From: Centroscyllium fabricii
Taxonomy: Eukaryota
DNA length: 64,000 bases
Assembly: GCA_051313645.2 (NCBI GenBank)
Contig: JBNRSN020000012.1
Location: 124,682,001-124,746,000 of the forward strand
Direction of reading: 5' to 3'
Positions 22,789-33,600 of this stretch are shown one piece after another. Below the pieces are notes generated by a model. The model saw only the letters and a list, made by a program, of their open reading frames with translations, ran no database searches and was not told the DNA's origin. A program made the translations under genes and the position numbers. The first letter of the stretch is position 1. Each line of letters begins with the position of its first letter.

Positions 22789-25700
22789 ATGGATACTATG
22801 CTCAAGCCGGCAACGTTTGAATTGGATCCCCGATCACCAGGAGCATCGAACGCCTTTACACACTGGCACAGTGTCTTCGATGGATACCTAAGAGCAAATG
22901 CAGCGGTCGTGGTGACCGATGAGCACAAACGACGGCTCCTCAACACCCGGGTGGGCCCTCAGGTGTACTCCATGATCGTGGACGCCTCATCTTTCCAGGA
23001 TGCCATCAGGATTCTCAAAGCTGAGTACAATCGGGCACCTAATATCGTCCACGCTAGGCATATCCTTGCCACCAGAAAACAGCAACCCGGTGAGTCAAGC
23101 GTGGAGTTCCTAAGAGCTCTCAGAATACTGTCGCGGGACTGTGACTGCAAGGCGCTAACGGCCCAGGTCCATGTAGACAGCCTCATTAGAGACGCTTATG
23201 TAACAGGCCTCAGGTCAGACTACGTGAGACAGAGACTGCTGGAGCAGAACGGCCTTGACCTGCAGGCAACCGCGGACCTGGGGAATGCGCTGGATGTGGC
23301 CTCACTGAACTTATCATCGTACTCAAGTACCTATGCGGGCCCAGCCCCGCCATCTTGGACAGCGCCGGCGCAACGACCGGCAGAAGAATTAATTGCAGCT
23401 GCCCACGCGAAAACGGCAGCCAAATGTTACTTTTGTGTGCAGTCTCAGCACCCGAGACGTAACTGCCCTGCTAGAGAAGCGGCCTGCTCGAAATGTGGGA
23501 AGAAAGGACACTATGCAAAGGTCTGTAAAGCAACCACCACAAAATCGAAACCGGGCAGCGCCGCGTGTGGAACATGGGAGCAGCCATATTGGGCTCACCC
23601 ATCCCCCACCCAGCACCCCTCGTGGCAGCAGTCGCCATTTTGGACTCAGACTCCCCCTCCACAGTACACCACATGGCGGCAGCCATCTTGGGGACCGGCC
23701 CCGGAGGACTACTCTCCAGATCAAGATGATTCGGAGGACCCAGTATTAGCATCGGTGACCATCAATCAAAACAAGACTCAACCGCTGGAAAAATCAATGA
23801 TGCCGGTGGAAGTTAACGGTCAAGAGGTGGTGTGCCTGTTCGACAGCGGGAGCACAGTAAGTTTTATAAACCCTAATACTGTAAAGCGCCTCTCCCTTAA
23901 AGTAATCCCTGCGCGCCAGAGAATATCTATGGCTTCCAAGTCTGAATCTGCTGACGTCACCGGGCGCTGCGCTGTAGCACTCAATGTCCAGGGCGCGATG
24001 TTTAATGATTTTAGCTTTTACGTGCTGCCGCAGCTCTGCGCCCCCTTACTCCTGGGACTGGATTTCCAGTGCCATCTCCAGAGCGTTACTATGGCGTTCG
24101 GTGGACCCCTCCCCTCACTCACGGTTAGAAACCGCAGCCCAACGCGGCACCCCCAACACACTACCTGTGGCCTCTCGACCCTTAAGGTTGCCCCTCCATC
24201 CCTCTTTGCCAACCTCACCCCAGACTGCAAGCCCGTCGCCACCAAGAGTAGGCGCTACAGTGCTGGGGACATGGAATTTATAAAATCTGAGGTGCAGCGC
24301 CTCCTAAAAGAAGGGGTAATCGAGGCCAGTAATAGCCCCTGGAGAGCGCAGGTAGTGGTAGTCAAAACCGGGGAGAAGAACCGGATGGTTGTGGACTACA
24401 GCCAGACGATAAACCGGTTCACCCAACTAGATGCCTACCCCCTCCCCCGGATAGCGGACATGGTGAATCAAATCGCTCAGTTTAAAGTGTTCTCGACCAT
24501 TGATCTTAAATCTGCTTATCACCAGCTTCCCATCCGCTCAGAGGACCGTCGCTATACAGCCTTTGAGGCTGACGGTCGCCTCTACCACTTCCTTAGGGTC
24601 CCGTTTGGCGTCACGAATGGGGTCTCGGTCTTCCAAAGGGAGATGGACCGAATGGTCGATCGGTACGGGCTGCGAGCCACTTTCCCGTACCTCGATAATG
24701 TGACCATCTGCGGCCATGATCAGCAGGACCATGACGCCAACCTCCAAAAATTTCTCCACACAGCCAAAACGCTGAACCTAACCTACAACACAGAAAAATG
24801 TGTGTTTAGCACCGGCCGCCTGGCCATCCTCGGCAGCGTTGTGGAGAATGGGGTCATCGGTCCCGACCCGGACCGCATGCGCCCCCTCATGGAGCTCCCC
24901 CTCCCCCACTCCCCCAAAGCCCTTAAACGGTGTTTGGGATTTTTCGCTTATTATGCCCAGTGGGTCCCTAATTATGCGGACATCGCTCGCCCACTACTCA
25001 AATCGACCTCTTTTCCCCTTTCTGCAGAAGCCAACTCGGCGTTCTGCAGAATTAAAAACGATATTGCCAAAGCCACGATGGACGCTGTAGATGAGTCCGT
25101 CCCGTTCCAAGTGGAGAGCGATGCATCGGACTTTGCACTGGCCGCCACCCTTAACCAGGCGGGCAGACCCGTGGCCTTCTTCTCACGTACCCTCCAGGGC
25201 CCCGAGACCCGGCACTCCTCAGTCGAGAAGGAGGCCCAGGCTATCGTTGAAGCAGTGCATCACTGGAAGCACTACCTGGCCGGCAATCGTTTTACCCTGT
25301 TGACTGACCAATGATCAGTCGCGTTCATGTTCAACAACAAGGAACGGGGTAAAATAAAGAACGACAAGATATTAAGGTGGAGAATTGAACTCTCTGCGTT
25401 CAATTATGACATCTTGTACCGGCCCGGGAAATTTAACGAACCCCCAGACGCCCTATCCCGCGGTACCTGTGCCAGCGCACAGGCTGACCGTCTCCAAACC
25501 CTTCACAATGACCTCTGCCACCCGGGGGTCACCAGGTTGGTTCACTTCGTGAAGTCCCGCAACCTCCCACTACTCTATCGAGGAGGTCAAGACCCTGACC
25601 AGCAACTGCCAGGTCTGCGCAGAGTGCAAACCGCACTTCTACCGGCTAGACCGGGCGCACTTGATCAAGGCCACTCGCCCCTTTGAACGACTCAGTGTCG

Positions 25701-26812
25701 ATTTCAAAGGGCCCCTTCCCTCATCCAATAGGAATGTGTACTTCCTCAATGTGATAGATGAGTACTCCCGCTTCCCCTTCGCCATCCCCTGCCAGGACAT
25801 GACCTCCGCCACCGTCATCAAAGCCCTTAATAGCATCTTCTCCCTGTTCGGCTATCCCAACTATATCCATAGTGACCGGGGGGCCTCTTTCATGAGTGAC
25901 GAGCTGCGTCAGTTTCTGCTAGCGAAAGGCATCGTGACTAGCAGGACTACCAGCTACAACCCCCGGGGGAACGGACAGGTAGAGAGGGAGAACGCCACCG
26001 TCTGGAAGGCCATCCAGTTAGCCCTACGGTCTAAAGGCCTCCCAGTCACCCGCTGGCAGGACGTCCTCCCTGAAGCGCTCCACTCTATCCGGTCCCTCCT
26101 GTGTACTGCCACTAATGCCACCCCTCACGAACGACTTTTTACCTTCCCCAGGAAGTCAGCTTCCGGGACCTCGCTACCATCGTGGCTACTATCCCCGGGA
26201 CCGGTCCTGCTACGGAAGCACGTGAGGGGACACAAGGCAGATCCCCTAGTCGAACGGGTCCACCTCCTGCACGCCAATCCCCAGTACGCATACGTAGCGT
26301 ACCCCGACGGGAGGGAGGACACCGTTTCCATAAAGGACCTGGCCCCAGCAGGAGTCCCCAAACCCAGCCCCGCTCAGCTGTCCAAGCACCCAAGAAGCCC
26401 CGCTCAGCAGCCCGCGCACCCAGGAAGCCCCGCTCAGCAGCCTGCGCGCCCAAAACGTCCTATGACGCTCCCTCTGCCACCGATGCCAGGGTACGCTCCC
26501 CGACACGTGGACCCAGTACCCCAGTACGCCCGCACGGCACCTGCGAGCAGCACGGCATGGCCCCCAGCTTGGATCCACAGCGCGCGCCCCCTAGAGTCAG
26601 AGGACGAAGGAGAGAGCGTGCCCCCTGCTGTCAGAACAAGGGCACCACCACCCAGAAGTAGCTATTTAACAACCACCGCTCGTCAACCGGCACCGGCACC
26701 ACTACAGCAACCGACACGGCCAGCCACTCCGCGACCACGAACACCACGGACACCACCAGCGGTGCGAAGATCGACGCGGATCACCAAACCGCCTGAAAGA
26801 CTCAACTTGTAG
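22789..26812 (+). pseudogene. gag-pol: Element E single-frame gag-pol with two lesions (TGA at 25312, +1 base near 25569)
   Basis: CCHC x2; FDSGS protease; YLDN RT; SDASDFALAA RNase H; H..LCH..CQVC; DFKG/SDRG/VERE integrase. Confidence 0.95.
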
Positions 26813-27442
26813 TTAAAAGAACTTTTTACGTTCCCACCCCGTGGGACTCTTGTTTATTAAATAAATTTTTTTTTTCCTTCATTGTCCTTTCACCCCGCCG
26901 GACTTTCGTTTTAAAGAAGGGATGAATGTGATAAACCCTTTATCAGTTGTATATAGTTAACTACCATGTATTGCGATGTACCTATGTAAATACCTGTACT
27001 GTTAGGTGATGACTGGGACATGCCCAGGTTAGCTCCGCCCATGACTCCTCCCCCCCTGGAGGAGGTATATAAGTGGCTGCACCCATCCCCCCAGCCATAC
27101 CTGGGGACAGTCAACTAGCTGGTGCATGTTCCAGTTGTAGTTAATAAAAGCCTTATTGTTTCTCTAACTAACTACTCGTTTCCGAGGCCGTTATTTCAGG
27201 TCACATATGCACTAGTGTAGAGAAAATAATTGTAACTTAAATATAGCCATACAAAATGTGCAGAGTAGTTCTAGCTGGCACTCTGTGTGACTAACATTTA
27301 TGCTCACTTAGACTCAATACGTCATTCTTGCAAGCTCCTAGCCGAGATGCTAGAATGCTTGTAGTCTTAGAGTTCTCCATGTTAGCGGGATGCTAACCCG
27401 ATCTATTACTGACAAACACAGAATGTTATCGATGGCAATACA

Positions 27443-28457
27443 AACATAAGAACATAAGCCATTGGAACAGGAGTAAGCTATATGGCCCATTGAACCTGCT
27501 CCGCCATTCAATAAGATCATGGCTGAACTTTTACATCAACTCCACCTTCCCACCCTATCCCCATATCCCTTGATTCCGCTAGTGCCCAAAAATCTATTGA
27601 TCTCGGCCTTGAATATACTCATCGAATGAGCCTCCTCAGTGTTGTGTATGTGCCTTTAAGTTATTATACTGGGCACTACTTTGTGTAGTGCTGTAATACT
27701 GTAGTAGCGCAGTCAACCACTAGTGTACATAAGTTCGTGCGTGGAACGATATGCTCAGTTCCATAATCTGTAGTTGATGAATAAACACCTATTTGTTTAC
27801 ACCCTGGAGTCGAGTCCATTGTTCTATGAGACGCATAGCACGGACCTAACAATGGCGACGAGTTCGGTCGAATCCACAGCAGTGTAATCAGTCTAGAAGA
27901 AAAACAAAGGCTTTTCTCAAACCCAAGATGAAAAAGAAAAATAGCACGGACTTAACACTCAGCCCTCTGGTTAGAGAATTCCAAAGATTTGCAACCCTCT
28001 GAGTGAAGAAAATTTCTCCTCATCTCAGTCCTAAATGGCCGACACCTTATCCTGAGAGTATGACCCTCAGTCCTAGACTCTCCAGCCAGGAGAAACAACT
28101 TCTTAGCATCTACCCTGCCAAGCCCACTAAGAATGTTATATGTTTCAATGAGATCACCTCTGATTCTTCTAAACTCCAGAGAATATTGACCCATTCTACC
28201 TAATCTCTCCTCATAGGATAGCCCTCTCATCCCAGGAATCATTTTAGTGAACCTTTGTTGCACTCCTCTGAGGCAAGTGTATCCTTCCTTAGATAAGGAG
28301 ACCAAAACCGTACAGATTACTCCAGGTGTGGTCTCATAAAAGCCCGAAATAATTGTAGCGAGATTTCCTTACTATTATACTCCAACCCCCTTGCAATAAA
28401 GGCTAACATACCATTTGCCTTCCTAATTGTTTGCTGTACCTGCATGTTAACCTTCTG
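27443..28457 (-). mobile_element. 5'-truncated CR1-type LINE, interrupted at 27640-27957
   Basis: ORF2 C-terminus (VQQRFTKMIPGMRGLSYEERL..RRIRGDLIETY) plus 3' UTR and (CTTATGTT)n tail. Confidence 0.9.
27640..27957 (+). mobile_element. Internally deleted LTR element: full 5' LTR, PBS, short leader, last 17 bp of 3' LTR
   Basis: LTR TGTT..AACA 27640-27851; PBS TGGCGACGAG (tRNA-Ser GCT) 27853-27862; 27941-27957 repeats 27835-27851; TSD CTCAG. Confidence 0.88.
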
Positions 28458-28566
28458 TTATAGTGAATAGTAAAACGTTTGTTGCAATAAGCAGAGATAT
28501 CATATTACTAGAAAAATAAAGCTTCACTGAACATTTTACCCTTTAAAACCTGATACAGGCTATACA

Positions 28567-28655
28567 GGGAGAGTCGAGTCGAGTCTTCGTCTCGTTGTAT
28601 TGTACTAGTACTCTGCAATGACAATAAAACTTGAATTGAATTGAATTGAATTGAA
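28567..28655 (+). mobile_element. Extremely truncated Rex1/Babar 3' end
   Basis: Last ~60 nt of the 3' UTR plus (TTGAA)5, matching 1591-1675. Confidence 0.9.
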
Positions 28656-28915
28656 GACTCCAATTGAGATTGGGCAAGATTTTGAAAAAATAGAAGTTTT
28701 ATTGGTTTGATTTGCATACAAAACACGACTACAGAATGCGAAGCGAAAACATCTGCAAACTTCCTGCACGATAAACAATTTTTGATATTGTACATAAGAA
28801 CAATGCTTACAGCAGAATGTGAAAACAAAGGCCGAGAAAGTCATCTTCTGTCTCAAAAACGGGCGTGAAGTCAGCAGAGCAGCTGCTCTGGGTCGACGCA
28901 AGGCCTGAAACCAAA

Positions 28916-29367
28916 TTCAGATTCGGTCCTCATTTAAATACTGCTGGTGTGTTGCAGACGGCAAACAGATACTCCGCTGTAGCTCGTCGGTTGTGGGAGG
29001 GTAAGAAACCGGCTGGCTCTCATGCTGAGCCGACTGGCAGGTTGGGTTTTGGTGGTGGTGGCGGTGGTGGTGGGGAGGGGTGCTCGACCAGGCCGACAAC
29101 TTCTCCTGGGCCCACAAAAATAAAGAGTCAAAATTTCCTAGGCTGTTTTTGAGAGGCCTCCAGTGACTCCCACAGCCGATGAGCTACAGCGGAGTATCTG
29201 TTTGCCGTCTGCAACACACCGGCAGTATTTAAATGAGGACCGAATCTGAAGCTGTTGGCCTGGTCGAGCAACCCTCCCCACTGCCACCGCCACCGCCACC
29301 GCCACCACCACTAAAACCCAACCTGCCAGTCGGCTCAGCATGAGAGCCAGACGGTTTCTTACCCTCC
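28916..29367. repeat. Permuted inverted repeat X-Y-spacer-X'-Y'
   Basis: X 28916-28999 pairs with 29167-29250; Y 28996-29103 pairs with 29248-29367. Confidence 0.9.
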
Positions 29368-29394
29368 TTTAATGATCCCACAACAATTATCAAA

Positions 29395-29637
29395 GAGGAA
29401 CAGGAGTTCTCCCAGTGCAGCTGGCCAGGATTCCTCCCTCGACCACCAATACCAAAAAACAGATCAGTTGGGCGTTCATCTTACTGTTGTTTGTTGGTTC
29501 TTGCTGAATGTAAAATGGCTGCTGCATTTTCCTGTCTAACAACAGCTTGCAGACTTCAGGGCATTGTGTATAAAGCACTTTGGGAGGTTTTTGGAAGACA
29601 TGATAAGGTGCTATATATATTCAATTTTTTTCTTTCT
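29395..29637 (+). mobile_element. Old Deu-domain SINE (SacSINE1/AmnSINE-like) fragment
   Basis: Diverged match to 52940-53147 (TTGCTG..AAATGGCTGCTGC..TGATAAGGTGCTATATA). Confidence 0.65.
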
Positions 29638-30106
29638 ATTGTCAAAAAAATGGGAAAAATACCTGAATCTGACTGGATCTGATCACGCCTTTGCAGCATT
29701 TCTGTGCTCTTTGAAGTATTGAATATCTGGTCTGAGTGTTCCTGATTTACTTCAGTTAGATTCAAGAAATCTTTTGGTTGGTTATTATTCAAAAAAAAAA
29801 ATTAACATAAGCTCTGATACCCGATTTATCTTGTGGATAAAATTTTAATAATGTTGGAAGGATCTCAAGAAAAGTGCTTGTGGTTTTAAACCTTTTGGTA
29901 ATTGTTATACACTTTATCACTCCACTACTTGTTCTTACTTTGTAAATTAAAATAGTACCTGTTTTATTAAACACATGTATTAATGGGTTTAAACACAAAA
30001 ATAAAGCACAGTGGCATGCCAACACGGACCAAAAATAAAACGGATAAAATTAAATCAATGGATTCAGCTTTATTCCAGAACTGATTCATTGTCTGGTTAA
30101 CTAGGC

Positions 30107-30283
30107 ATGATATGGAGGTGTCGGTGATGGACTGGGGTGGACAAATGTAAGAAGTCACACAACACCAGGTTATAGTCCAACAGTTTTATTTGAAATCACA
30201 AGCTTTCGGAGAGTTGCTCCTTCATCAGGTGTAGTAGAGAGATGCATATAAACACAGCATATATAGTCGGAGAACAATGTAAT
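30107..30283 (-). mobile_element. Penelope-like element pseudo-LTR/3' fragment
   Basis: Hammerhead core followed by AATAAA and the tail ..GGACTATAACCTGGTGTTGTGTGACTTC..CCACCCCAGTCC, recognised as an elasmobranch PLE end. Confidence 0.7.
30197..30231 (-). ncRNA. Minimal type I hammerhead ribozyme motif (Penelope-type)
   Basis: CAC-CUGAUGA-A-GGAG-caacu-CUCC-GAAA-GC-UU-GUG: intact core, 4-bp stem II, palindromic AGCU stem III, 3-bp stem I. Confidence 0.75.
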
Positions 30284-30649
30284 CTTTCCAACTGCTTAAA
30301 TAGGCTACTTGGACAGGGCACTAATAGGAAATGACGTATCGTCAATAATACTAAAGACGAGTAGTTACCTTAACTATAGGCTTTTATTAGCTTAAAGATG
30401 GAGCTAGTCTCCAGTCGAACATCAGGCACAGAATGACTGGGGGCAGGGCAGACCTCACCTATAAGGCTCCCACCTGAGGGGAGGAGTTAGAGGTGTGGCT
30501 GACCTGGCCTTACAGCCGTGAATACATCCGGCAACTATATACATCTATACACAGTGGTAATATGATTACCACATTCACCCCTTCTTTGAGAATGAGTCCG
30601 GCGGGGTGAATGAAACAGAGCAGTGCAAGGAAAAAATGTTATGTCCACA

Positions 30650-33600
30650 TCAGCAATGTTCTATAAGTCTTTCCGGCGGTCGTGTCTGTCGTGACGACCG
30701 CCGGGGATCCAGTAGCGGCGCTGGTGCCGGTTGTGGTGACGGGGTCGGGTCCTCCGGCAACAGTGCCTGCAGCGTGGCGTCCGGCCCTGGGTTGTCTGCC
30801 GATAGCGTCGAGGGCCCCGGTGTGTGTGTGTATGCAGGCCAGTATTCCGTGGAAGTTGGTTGGTATGTAGGCCAGTGTTCGGTGGGTGGTGGTTTGTCGG
30901 GCTGAGGCTCGACCGGGGGTTCCGCTCTAGTGCTCCCGGAAGGCGCCAGGTCTCTGATCGAAACTGTGTCCTCGCGCCCATCCGGGAATTGCACGTAGGC
31001 ATACTGCGGGTTGGCGTGCAGCAGATGCACCTTTTCCACCAGGGGGTCGGTCTTATGGCTGCGGACATGTTTCCTAAGTAAGACCGGCCCCGGCGTCGTG
31101 AGCCACGGTAGGAGTGCTGTCCCCGAAATTGACTTCCTGGGGAAGGAAAATAACAGGTCATGAGGTGTAGCATTTGTAGCCGTACACAGCAGAGAGCGGA
31201 TGGAGTGTAGCGCGTCTGGGAGGACTGCCTGCCAACGGGAAACTGGAAGGCCTTTGGACTTCAGGGCCAGGTTGACCGCCTTCCAGATGATCCCGTTCTC
31301 CCTTTCTACCTGGCCATTCCCCCGGGGGTTGTAACTGGTCGTCCTGCTTGAGGCAACCCATTTCTGAAGCAGAAACTGACGCAGTTCGTCGCTCATGAAC
31401 GACGACCCCCGGTCGCTATGGATGTAGCTGGGGAGACCGAAAATGGCGAACAGCGTGGTGAAGTGTCTTATCACCATTGCGCTCATCATATCTGGGCAGG
31501 GGAAGGCGAAGGGGAAGCGGGAGAACTCGTCCACGACCGTGAGGAAGTACGAGTTGCGGTCAGTGGAGGGGAGGGGGCCTTTGAAGTCCACGCTCAGACG
31601 TTCAAAGGGGCGGGTGGCCATGATGACGTGCGCCGTGTCTGGCCTGTAAAAATGGGGTTTGCACTCGGCACAGACCGGGCACTCTCTGGTCATAGCCTTG
31701 ATCTCCGTGACGGAGTAGGGAAGGCTACGGGATTTTATGAAATGGGCGAGTCTGGTGACACCCGGGTGGCAGAGGCTATCGTGGAGGGCCTTCAGCCGGT
31801 CCAGCTGGGCGCTGGCGCACGTTCCCCTGGACAGTGCATCCGGGGGTTCGTTGAGCTTGCCTGGGTGGTAAAGAATGTCATACTCGTAAGTCGAGAGTTC
31901 GATCCGCTACCGCAGGATCTTATCATTCTTGATTTTACCCATTGTTTATTATTAAACATAAACGCGACCGACCGTTGGTCGGTGAGCAGGGTAAAACGCT
32001 TACCGGCCAGGTAATGATGCCAGTAGCGCACTGCTTCCACGATGGCCTGGGCCTCCTTTTCCACTGCTGAGTGGCGAGTTTCGGGTCCCTGTAGTGTCCG
32101 GGAGAAAAACGCTACGGGCCTGCCTGCCTGATTCAGGGTGGCGGCAAGGGCAAAGTCCGAAGCGTCACTCTCCACCTGGAAAGGGATGGACTCATCAACG
32201 GCGTGCATGGTTGCCTTGATGATGTCTTCCTTAATCAGTGCGAATGCCGTTTGGGGGGAAGACATCAGCCTTGAGGAGCGGTCTGGCCTTATCCGCGAAC
32301 TGGGGAACCCATTGTGCGTAATAGGAGAAAAATCCCAGACATCTCCTCAGGGCTTTGGGGTTGTGAGGTTGGGGCAGTTCCTGTAAGGGACGCATACGCT
32401 GTGCGTCGGGGCTGAGGACCCCGTTTTCCACCACGTATCCAAGGATGGCGAGCTGATCTGTACTAAAGACACACTTGTCTTTATTGTATGTGAGATCGAG
32501 CCGTTTCGCCGTGTGGAGAAATTTACCAAGGTTGGCATCGTGGTCCTGCTGGTCATGGCCGCAGATGGTCACGTTGTCCAGGTAGGGGAAGGTGGCCTGC
32601 AACCCGTTCTGGGCAACCATGCGGTCCATCTCTCTTTGGAATACCGACACCCCGTTGGTCACACCGAAGGGGACCCGGAGGAAGTTGTAGAGACGACCGT
32701 TCGCCTCGAAGGTGGTGTACTGGCGATCGGATTTCCGGATTGGGAGTTGGTGATACGCCGACTTGAGGTCGATTGTTGAAAAGACCGTATACTGTGCGAT
32801 CTGGTTAACCATATCCGAGATGCGGTGAAGGGGTAGGCGTCGAGCCCGGTGTAGCGGTTAATCGTCTGGCTGTAATTGATCACCATCCGCAGTTTCTCGC
32901 CTGTCTTAACCACTACGACCTGGGCCCACCAGGGGCTGGTGCTGGCCTCAATTATCCCCTCTTGCAGCATACGCCCGACTTCCGACCTGATAAATGCCCG
33001 GTCCCCTGCACTGTAACGCCAACTCTTGGTAGCAATAGGTTTACAGTTGGGGTTGAGGTTGGCGAACAGCGAGGGGGGGGTCGACTTTCAGGGTGGATAG
33101 GCCGCAAGTTGGGCTCTGCTTTAGGAAGGGATTTTCCCGGCTACTGACGGTGAGGGGGGCCAGGGTCCCGCCGAACTCCATTGTCATGCTCTTCAGGTGG
33201 CACTGGAAATCCAGTCCCAGTAAGACTGGGGCGCACAACTGCTGGAGGATGTACAGTTTAAAATTACAGTACACGCAGTCCCTGACCGTGAGCGTGACGG
33301 AGCAGTAGCCGGTGACGTCCGCCGTGTGGGACTTTGAGGCAAGGGAGATTTGGTACCGCGTGGGCAGGGTCCGCAGTGCATAGCGCCGCACTGTGTCGGG
33401 GTGGATGAAGCTCTCTGTGCTTCCGGTGTTGAACAGGCAGTTAGTAATGTGACTGTCCACTTTAATCCCCATCATGGAATTTGATAGGGTGTGCGGCCGA
33501 GCCTGGCCAACAATGGCTGAGGCCGAAGTGTGTGTGTTTGTGTAGGGGCCCTCCGCTAGCTGGGGCCGTTCACAAGATGGCGGCACCCGTGGATCGCATG

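Larger units (their letters stand above)
22487..27205 (+). mobile_element. Ty3/Gypsy LTR retrotransposon E (identical LTRs, no tRNA PBS, no TSD)
   Basis: 279-bp LTRs 22487-22765 and 26927-27205 identical by eye; PPT AAAGAAGGGATGAA; flanks AGTTG / TATGC. Confidence 0.97.

Noticed and set aside
25312-25314. Programmed read-through at the TGA in element E
   Set aside because: It lies mid-RNase H where F has CGG (Arg) and G has TGG; CpG deamination explains it.
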